A stretch of DNA of 64,000 nucleotides from Octopus sinensis (Eukaryota). The stretch covers positions 23,932,001-23,996,000 of the forward strand of contig NC_043004.1 of assembly GCF_006345805.1 (NCBI RefSeq), in the 5' to 3' direction. Positions within the stretch are counted from its first letter, which is position 1. Every line of letters begins with the position of its first letter. The notes below the pieces were generated by a model. It ran no database searches. It had not been told where the DNA came from and worked only from the letters and a program-made list of their open reading frames with translations. Shown piece after piece: positions 53,788 through 64,000 of this stretch. Position numbers and translations under genes: made by a program.

Positions 53788-55131
53788 TCTAATGTGATTT
53801 AAGTTGCTGTATATACTGGTATAATGCATTCTCGCAGTACATATTAGTACGAATATTTATGAGTAGGTTATTTCCTTTGGTTAATCTCATGATGACCTTT
53901 TGAAATTTGTCGGTTTATGATGAGTGTAGGTTCTTCTGGCAAATAGTCTTGATATTATTTAATTTAACCAGGCCGTGGTTCGTTGTACCCATCTCCCAGC
54001 AGACTTTTGTTAACTAGTCGTACTTGCAAACATCATCTGCTATGATACAGAACACTCAAAATTGTTTATATTTTTCATTTTACATCCAGATATTAGTGGA
54101 AAATTTTATTACGAATGTTTTGTTTATATTGCTGAAGAAAATGTGTGTTGAAAATATCTTTATTTGAATTTACTTTCCATTTTGCCAACATAATGTTTAC
54201 ATATGGTGTTCTGTAGAGAGTTAGTATACAGCGTTTTCGTGGCCGATTAATGCGCAGACATTTGTTATTCTTTATATGCATGTCAAACACTGTTAGTCAG
54301 CTTAGTTTTTCAAAGGGATAAGTTTTTATATGCTGATGAATCAGTTATAATTCAGATGAATATTGCTTTTGTTAATTAATTTTTTTATTGGATATAATTA
54401 AGAAAATATTTATTCATTTATAATCTTTTCGGGATGTCCACCGCATAATGCGACTCTAGAATTGCGTACCTCAACGCAAATCATGGTAGAAAAAAACTAT
54501 ATACAGTAAAATTTTTATGCATGGGCATGTCTCTCCGGCTTTTCCACTTGTGATCATTATATTACGTCACATTTCGAAGGGTATGCTTTTGAATAAAAGA
54601 CGCATATGATAGTTAATACTTAATTCACAGAAGTAGCAGTGAAGTTGTTTATCTCTCAAGGAGTAACCTTCAAGTATGGATTATGTCAAAATACAGATGC
54701 TACTGAAAAAGTCATCAATTTACTATAACTTATTCCAGCATGATTTCTCTTTCCTCCTTTTTATTTTTTGGGTAAAATATATATTGCCGTCCAAAGAGAG
54801 ACTAATGTGGGATAGATACAGTACTTCTGTTATTGATTGCATACACAAGAGAATATTTGTGAAATATTTACATCGAAATATCTGCCAAGCGCAAATATAA
54901 CAAATTTGATGCTGTGTTTTGGATAGAAACGAGGAATTATAACCATCAGATGTAAACAGTTCTTCCACATTCATTGAGAAAGAAAATAATTATAGACAAC
55001 TGTTTTGGCATCCGTGGTATCTCTCTGTTGATAATGTCACATTTATACTAAATAATATTGCTGCATATCGTTAGATTAGTAAATGTTCAAGTGACAATTT
55101 TGAAAAAGTGAGAAAAGAAAAAAAGAAATTG

Positions 55132-55178
55132 ACAGCTAATAGACGGTTTAGGAATACAGCTAATAGACGGTTTAGGAA
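55132..55178 (+). repeat. 24-bp tandem duplication
   Basis: ACAGCTAATAGACGGTTTAGGAA(T) x2. Confidence 0.9.
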
Positions 55179-55318
55179 CAGGACAAATAAATAGACTTCT
55201 CTAAAGTTCAGCGAGTAACATTTAATGTTTTTTTGTGGTTTTTTATTCAAATTCCCACGATGGAGCTTTGTTTCTGGGTTAGAATTCAGACAATTAAAAT
55301 AAGAGCGAAACATAAACA

Positions 55319-55350
<32 letters not shown>

Positions 55351-55367
55351 TGCATGCACACACACAG

Positions 55368-55400
<33 letters not shown>

Positions 55401-55494
55401 TATATATTTACCCACAGATACACTTATATATTTAGACACAATCAGAGACAGAAACCAAGTTTGTCTTTCAATATATATATATATACATATATTT

Positions 55495-55705
55495 GAAGGC
55501 ACCTTATAGTTAGAATCGTTACTTTGCCGGGCAAAATGCTCTTCGTGCGTTTCGCGTTTTGAGTTTTGCGTTCAAATTCCGCAGGGGTCAAGTTTGCCTT
55601 TGATCCTCTGCCGATAAAGAAAATAAATACCATTCGAATACCGGTGACGATTTAATCGATTTATCCCATCCTCTAAACCTGCTGGCCATGTGCCAAATTT
55701 TAAAA

Positions 55706-55774
<69 letters not shown>

Positions 55775-55948
55775 GCATGTATGTATGTATGTATCTATGT
55801 ATTTTCATACTTTACAGTACTCAGTTCAAATATCGCCGGGGTTGACATCCTTTCATTCTTTCGGGGTCGATAAAATAAGAACAATTTGAGCAATAGTGTC
55901 ACCCCTCCACCAAAACTGCTGGCCTTGTTCCAGAATTTGAGACCAATA
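55495..55948 (+). mobile_element. Two SINE family B copies separated by (TA)n
   Basis: B box GTTCAAATTCC at about 55570; CAGTTCAAATATCGCCGGGGTTGAC at about 55822. Confidence 0.8.
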
Positions 55949-56641
55949 TATATGTACATGTGTACATGAGTGTGTGTATGCGTATGTGTGCATGTATACG
56001 TGTGTTTTCGATTTTATGAATTCATAAATTTTCCTGCTCTCAACGCATCTAACAATTATTTCTCATGCTTTAAAAATACACATCCCTGGAATCAATGTCA
56101 ATATAGGTGTTTGTTGTTGTTTTCACTGAGAGTGAATGAAAGTTTATTCTGTTAGCCTCCTGTAGCTTTTGGTTCATTTTTCTTTTTTTTTTTTACCGCA
56201 AGTAGAAACAGCGCAATGGGTCAGGAAATAGACGGTCTAGAAACGCTGGCAAATTAAAGAGATGGATATAATAGTAAAGCACACATTAATTGAAGGATCG
56301 ATAGAATCAGACACACAAACAACTACACAAATACACACACAAACTCTGCATCTTAGTATTCTTTCTGCGTCATACACTCTCACACTCATGCACAATGGCA
56401 CGTAATTATAGCTTCGATTTCTTCTCGAATTCTATGTTTGTATTGATGTTTGTTGCGAGAAAGTATTTTATGAAATAAAACAGAATCAAATAAAAGTGTA
56501 AGAGCAATTTTTTGCCATTGAGGAGATGCCAACGTATTTTTTTAAGAAACAAATTTCCTTATTTTCCTAACAGTAAAAATTTGTATTGTTGGAAACTGTA
56601 GTGCTTCTTCTGTGCATTCTATTTTAATACATCCACACATA

Positions 56642-56741
<100 letters not shown>

Positions 56742-57277
56742 GTATGTATATATATATTGTGTGTGTGTATAGCTATGTGTACACACACAAACACTCATAT
56801 ATATATATATATGTAGCGATGTTTATCGAGAGCTAGATTCTATAACAAAGGTCAGTCATGCGACCTGATATTTTGTTATGAGAACAGTAATTCAGAAACA
56901 ATTCCCTCTCTTTGGATAACAACTTTGGTGTATTGAAATACAGAACTACCACCACCACCTCTAGCAATGCAAACAACAACAAATAACATTAGGTAAAAGT
57001 TACATGCTGTAAAACACCATTTAAAAAAATCATTGTTGTTGATGCCCCTGTATTTGTTGATGCTAAGGTGATGGTGGTGACGACGTTGTTGCCTTGTTTC
57101 AGATCATTACTGATCAAGTAGGTCATTTAATCACGTGATATCCAGCCGTGACCCAACAGTTTCTTCTTCGTGTCAGATCTGTGGTTAAAGTATAAATTTC
57201 CCACCATCCTGCATCAGTTACGTGTTCATTTGCAAAAAGAAAAAAAAACAGAACATATGTACTGCTCTAACTCCGGA

Positions 57278-57308
<31 letters not shown>

Positions 57309-57312
57309 GACA

Positions 57313-57385
<73 letters not shown>

Positions 57386-57390
57386 GAAAT

Positions 57391-57600
57391 ACGAGGTCTG
57401 ATCTACAAGTATCGGGGACTGGTGATAGGCAAAGAAAACTACAACATATATTCGGCAATTAATCTCTTTCGAAGGAATTTCCTTCTAAAGCTACACACTC
57501 TATCGAGCGTCTTTTCCTTTGATGGAAGCATTCCTGGAACTTCATTTTAGAGATAGCGACCAGCTGCCTCGACGCAGTCTTTTGGGTTTCCTCGACGTCT
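57391..57600 (-). mobile_element. Mariner 3'-end fragment with TIR
   Basis: TA-CGAGGTCTGATC... terminus. Minus strand reads FQECFHQRKRRSIECVALEGNSFERD*, like the mariner C-terminal FQ.W..RW..C....G.YFE motif. Confidence 0.7.
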
Positions 57601-59104
57601 TGCATTCCATTATTTTATGAGACTAAATTTATTAAGCACTTGATATAAATACAAAAGATAGAATTTAAAAAACACACAAAAAAACAGATGTGTTGCTGAG
57701 AATCTTGTCAATACGTTTCAGACGTTTTACAGTAGACAACTATATGAATATCGACCGAGTATGAAGCTGTAACCAGAGATTAAACCTGCATTGCATATTG
57801 ACTAAATTAGCTGAATGTACGACTTACAGATGAAAGCCAAACTTCGAATATTTATTGTAACATCACTTTAAACACTTCTCCAAATAATCTAGGAATCAAA
57901 CGATATCACTCATTAAAATGAGTAGCCAGAGCATCCTTTTTCACCTTCAACGTGGAACATGATATAGTGTAATGTATTTTATATTACGTAAAAAGAAGGA
58001 ATGGCGCGGCTATAAAACTTTTAGTCATATGTTTGATTAACCACGGATTATCAGGAGCGCAAAAGCATTAACAAAGTTATTTGAAAACAAGCAATTATTC
58101 TGTTACTTATCTTCATTCTTTTAGCATTTTATCCCCTACATTTTTCAGAATGAATAAATTGTAACAGTAAAAGTTTTCTTATTAATAATCATATAAAATA
58201 AGTTAGAGAAAAACCACTATTATGTAATTCAAACAGTTATAGACATAAACCATATCATATAGAAAAATAAAATATATTATTAATACATATATCTGGATAA
58301 AAAAGTACAAAAAATGAATAAACATTATATAATAAGTAAAAAGACTACGTACAAATAAAATAAATTTATATATATTATATATGTATAGTGTGAAACTTGA
58401 TTTAATACTAAATTGAATTTTTCCCTGTAAGTTTGGAGTTATACTCCCTAATATTATATATATATATATATATAATATATATAATATATAAAAACAGTAT
58501 GTGTGTGTATGCTTGCATGCATTTCACAATTATATTGCCTGAAACTACACCACATTCTTCACTTCTAAACTCCCCAAAAATGAATACGTGAAGACTTTAC
58601 CGTAATACCTCGTGCTTGCATATTTTCTAATTAAATATTCCTGCTCAAAATGAAAATTATCTAAATATTTTTATGACTACAATAACATTAGCAATAAATT
58701 GAATTACACACTATTTATAGTGATGTCGAATGTAATTTAGCTGTAGTCTCATTAGTCAAGGTTACCTTTAATAGAGCGAAATGTGTCAGAAAATACAACC
58801 GTAAAATATGAACATCTTATAGAACTGTCTGAACTGGTCTTTACTGGCCAACTAAATCATTCAAGTATATCTGATTTATGGATTTCCATAATCGATGCCA
58901 AGCGACCGTTGAACAGAATGAACACTCAGTTGAACATGGTTTTATGCGTTCCTGTTCTTGCAATACTATCAAAGATATTTAAATTAAGACGGAGGTCGCA
59001 TACATGTCCACACGATATAATTCTGTTATTAATCACGTTCCAGTGTTATTTATCTCTATACATATATACGGAGATATATATGTATATATTATGCATATAT
59101 ATAT

Positions 59105-59109
59105 ATGTA

Positions 59110-59205
<96 letters not shown>
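59105..59205 (+). repeat. (TG)n microsatellite
   Basis: About 50 units. Confidence 0.98.
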
Positions 59206-59207
<2 letters not shown>

Positions 59208-59494
59208 CTTCTATGAGTTTCAATTTCCCGATTTCAGTCATTTTTGGTATCTATTCTTAGTTGTTGATTTTATCGAGTCTGCTACTTTATCTGCTATTAA
59301 TTCTATCGACGCCGATCGAAAGGTGAAATCGACATTTGTGTAATACGGTATACATACACACACAGACACACATAATTATATATACATACATATATATACA
59401 CGTATATATATATATATATATACATATATATATACACGTATATATTATATATAGTATATATATATATATTTATATATTATATATATATATATAT

Positions 59495-59733
59495 ATTGTC
59501 CCGAGGGAGATCAAAGAGGAAAAGGATCCATCAACTTCAAACAGAGTCTGGATAGAATCCTTCAAAGAATACCAGATAAGCCACCCACATTGGATACAAC
59601 TCACCCAACAAGAACTCACTACTTGAACAAAACTTGACTTAAAAAGGATTCGAATAATCCTACCAGGTGGTGCTATTAAGTTAGACATGGCCTGGACCAA
59701 CTCTGGTCGAAACATATCTAGTTTAACTAAGTT
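59495..59733 (+). mobile_element. CR1/L2-group LINE 3' end in TA-rich repeat
   Basis: With two frameshifts reads IVPREIKEEKDP/NFKQSLDRILQRIPDKPPTL/GYNSPNKNSLLEQ, typical of FK..LD.FL..IPD.P....NSL C-termini. Confidence 0.6.
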
Positions 59734-59789
59734 TATATATATATATATATATTATATATATATATATATATAATATATATATATATAGA

Positions 59790-60830
59790 TTATCGGTCTC
59801 CCGATATGTTCTGTCCGAATTTTGAATAAAGAAAACAAGTGATCAAATGTTATATTTAATTGAAAGTTAATCATCTACTTCTTTCCATCTATTTACACGC
59901 TTTTTAGTCCCATCAATGTAAAACACTTTTGGTTTCAAATCGAAGAATTCTGAAATGTCAGTTTCGACCACCTCCTGGCGAAAGTTGTCCCCCAAATGAT
60001 CTGTAAACTACGAAGTAAATAGTAGTCTGGAGGAGCAAGGTCAGATAAATAAGAGGGATGAGGAATTTTTTCCCAACCAAGCTCTTCAATTTTCTTGATG
60101 TGATCTTTGCAGTGTGGGGTTGCGCATTGTCCTGATGAATCATCACTTCATTTCGATTCACTAAAGCGGGTCTTTTCTTCTTCAAAGCTTGGTTCAAAAG
60201 CTCTAATTGCTGACAGTTGACTTGAGCATTGATTGTTGCATTAGGTGTTAACAATTCAAAGAGAATTACTCCTTTGCAATCCCACCAGATAGAGAGAAGA
60301 ACCTTTTCCCCATGAAGTTCCCTTCTCGGTTGTGTTTGAGCTTTTTCCCTGTTACCAAGCCACTGTTTACGACGTTTAACATTCGATAGAACATCCATCT
60401 TTCATCACCAGTCACAAATCTATCCAAAAAGGGTGACATGAGGTCGCGAGAATGGAGTGAAGAGCAGATGTCAACTGGGGATTTGAGGTTGCTTTGGGAC
60501 AATTCATGAGGCACCCATTTTCAAACTTTAGGAATCTTTCCAAGTTGTTGAAAAGGACGATGAAGAGTTGTATGGTTTGAACTAAGCATTATTCAACTGA
60601 TAATACATAATTTTCTTCAAGTAATGCCTCAAGGAGTTTTTCATCAAACTCAACTGGACTCCTGTTCGATCTTCATCTTCAAGGCTGAAATCTCCACTTC
60701 TGGATTTTGCAAACCAACTTCTGCAAGTTCTTTCATTCAAGCATTCTTTCTCATAAACTGAATGTATGTTTTGAGTCGCTTCGACTTTAGACTCGAATAC
60801 GATATACGAATCTTTTTTGCAGTGCAGCTA
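59790..60830 (-). pseudogene. Degenerate mariner transposase (Mos1/Hsmar1-like, DD34D)
   Basis: ECLNERTCRSWFAKSRSGDFSLEDEDR; PHELS; FLDRFVTGDERW; LHGEKVLLSIWWDCKG; HQDNAQPH; frameshifted PLIYLTLLL (PDLAP region). TIR-like end at 59790-59822. Confidence 0.92.
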
Positions 60831-62127
60831 TCGAATCCAGAGCCACGCTTTTGTGAAGCACGCTGCAATATATATTTGATTTCCCGTCATACACGTCTAA
60901 CTGCCCATGGCACTATTTTATACCGAAGTCGTGTGTTAGTAGGCACATAGCTATATTATATTACGGGTGTTATCTTTTTCATTATTGTCAAAGAATGAGA
61001 AGTGAAACCAATAGTAGATAATAATCTGTCCGCACTCATGAGAATGAATCAATTCTGATTGAGAACCATTAAATAATTCCGTTTGTATCAAACCATATTA
61101 AGTGATTTTTATCTGCGTCAGTTTATATGTTCTCATTAGTAAAACTATGGTAAGATATTTGCAGTGTGTATTTTTGTCAAATTATAGAAGACTTGATCGT
61201 ATCTGCATCTAGTTTTAATACTTATTGCGCCAATAATTCCAACATGAAAGACGGAGTTGGCACTGCTCGATAAAATCAGACAGAGCATTATATACGGAAT
61301 GATATCATGCATTAACCTTCTAAAACAAAAAAATCAATCAAATATAACACTACCATATCGCATTATCATAATTTATTACTGTAGTTAGCTTTATAAAACT
61401 TACATAATAACAAGTTCTAAAAATTGTGACTCGTAAAAATCTGAAATGTGATAGTTACAGTCGATTGAAAGAATGTTATAACTCTTGACGATTTCTAACA
61501 GGTATATTTACAGTGAAGCAACACAAATGAGTTATTCTAAGTAAAACATGATTGAACATAATATCCGTAATCTTTTTCTAAATAAATAAAAATTAATATA
61601 CTAAGATATAAAAATCAATTAATTTGGAAAGTAAAACAAAGATCAACAACGAATGTTCTTGCTGCTTACACGAGAGAATCAACAGTATATCAAAGTGCTT
61701 CTCATACTACACTTACTTCTAGTCATTCTCCACCCCACTTATGTTCTCTCTCTATCCAACTAGGCGTTTCTCCTTTTCTTCCTCTCTTCCTTTCATTTTT
61801 CTATAGCAACCGTGCTTATCTTCCATTATTCTTCATTTTTTTCTATTTTTTCCTATCAGTTTACTCCTTTTTTCCTCTCTGTCCATCTTTCTCTCACTAT
61901 AAACTTCACTTTTTCTCTCTTATACACATGCATGTATATATTCGTGCATATATTTATTATACAGTAATTTCATACATTTCTCAAATTATAAAGTCTGTGG
62001 ACTTTGCTAGCAACAGTTAAAACATTTAACTTTAGAATTTCGGCATCTCAAATGTTTCGGGTCTTCTAATTCGATCCCAAAATATGTGGCTGCAAACCGA
62101 AGTTCCTAAGCCCTTAGACAAACTTGT

Positions 62128-62128
62128 G

Positions 62129-62165
<37 letters not shown>

Positions 62166-62166
62166 C

Positions 62167-62216
<50 letters not shown>

Positions 62217-62239
62217 TATCTATATATCTATCTATCTAT

Positions 62240-62286
<47 letters not shown>

Positions 62287-62465
62287 ATATATATATATAT
62301 ATTATATATCTATACATATATATATATATGCATATATATATATGCATATATATATATATATATGCAATATATATATTTATATATATGTATATATATGTAT
62401 ATATATATATACATATATTTACATATATTATCATATATGTATATATATATTTACATATATGTATT

Positions 62466-62545
<80 letters not shown>

Positions 62546-62580
62546 ATATATATATACCTGTCTGCCTCTCTCTCTCTCAC
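62128..62580. repeat. Compound (TATC)/(TC)/(TA) microsatellite block
   Basis: Directly visible; source of the long pseudo-ORFs at 62084-62635. Confidence 0.95.
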
Positions 62581-64000
62581 TATATATAATATAGTGAGAG
62601 AGAGAATTGAATTAATTTGTGCCGACTGGTTGTAGTGGACCAACGTGAAATGGAGGGCTAAGCTCAGCGACACAACCCCTTTCCCGGTCCAGTATTCGAA
62701 ATTATAATCTTGCAATCATGAGTGGAACACCCTAATCACTAAGTCATGCACCTACACACTCATTCTCACACATGTATATAAACATATATTATTCATATAG
62801 ATATATCCATATGAATGTTATACATATGATCAGGATCGATAGAAAATATGCAGCAACATATTCCAGGAAATGCAATGAATTTTATCTTTGAAAACATAAG
62901 TTAAAAATAAAATAAGAATTTTGATAATACTCCAGAAATGTTTACCGACATGGAAGAATAAAATGTCTATTATTAATAAATACAATTATAAGAATTCTAA
63001 AAACAAGATGAACTTTAGTTTCTACAATGAAATTTCCTCCACAGAACAATGAAATAAGGCGTTTGGATATTCTAGGTTATAAGTTCATAACTAATATATT
63101 TTGAGACAACATTTTGACATTTATGAGAAATGTTCAGCTGCCATTTTAAAGGAAAGATGCCAAAGGTTCTGTTGATAGAATATGTAATGGATTTAATACT
63201 TCATTGTAAGAATACTACTCTTCTCTGCATGTTTTAACACCTGTTTTATCAGCATGATAAATAATCGCTCTGAATATAATAACTCTAGAGTCTAATGACG
63301 TTTTACCCTCTTCTGTTCTGACAAACCTATAAGAAACATGTTATCTAAAAATAAGATATATCAGTTGTTGGTGATCCTCTTAATTGTGTGTAGTATACAT
63401 TAGTTCTTAGTCTGGCGATTGAAACCTGTTAATGTTCACTCATTTAAATGAATATAAATCCGATCAACTTATACTTCCCCTCCCAAGATGACGTTCTCTT
63501 CCGATGAATTGTTTAAGGATCAGTTCCATCTGTCTGATCCATTCAAACTCGAAGAATGAAAGAGGAATGAAAGAAGTAATAGTTTCTCTATCAACTGTCG
63601 CCTTTCGCTACAAGTCACTCTGACAATTCATTCAACTGATACTGTGTATTGCATCAGTATTAAAATATACAATTGAAAATACAATTCGAAACTGCTGTTA
63701 CACTTTTCTAAATGTTTACTGTGTGCTTTAGGATAACTTGAAGTTACTTTCTCACAACTGCTTGATAATGGACACCAAGAAAACAGAAATTTAAGATCGC
63801 ATTGTCTTCCATTTTTTTTCTTTCTCATGTTTGAAGATTTAGTGTAAAAAAAATCGATGCTTCGTACGTGATGCTTGAAATTCATGAAAAACACAGAGAT
63901 AATGACAAACATAACAAGTCCAGAAACTGAGAAGTTCATTGTTGCCATTTTATTGGAGCTACATTTAGCATACGTCTACAAGAGGAAAACTAAAAAACAA

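Noticed and set aside
59685-59715. GACC...GGTC-GAAAC hairpin
   Set aside because: Lacks the catalytic core; more simply the 3' stem-loop of the LINE tail.
63628-63948. 106-aa minus-strand ORF with hydrophobic start
   Set aside because: AT-rich low-information sequence with no domain motif or splice support.

Overview
This is AT-rich eukaryotic DNA, almost entirely non-coding and dense in microsatellites and transposons. The repeat families look like an Octopus/coleoid cephalopod genome (my recognition, not a database result). There is a 100-N scaffold gap at 1731-1830. Only one host exon is convincing: a 112-bp minus-strand internal exon (24939-25050) from the extracellular domain of a natriuretic-peptide-receptor-type guanylyl cyclase. 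Much of the window is therefore probably intron. The rest is tRNA-headed SINEs, mariner/Tc1 relics and MITEs, Penelope-like element (PLE) relics, and LINE 3' ends sitting in microsatellites, including a 5'-truncated R4/Dong-like element with an uninterrupted 3' ORF inside (TAA)n. Nearly all entries in the ORF track are microsatellite translations or chance ORFs. The most notable structure is 27199-28878: about 2.07 near-identical tandem copies of a 481-bp unit joined head-to-head to about 1.4 inverted copies, flanked by (TA)n on both sides. Each full unit carries a near-canonical type I hammerhead ribozyme motif. This is the architecture of a non-LTR retrozyme, a ribozyme-processed circular-RNA retroelement. 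It looks recently inserted and probably lies in the receptor gene intron, next to a PLE terminal-repeat relic that has its own minimal hammerhead. All comparisons were made by eye; SINE and relic boundaries are approximate.
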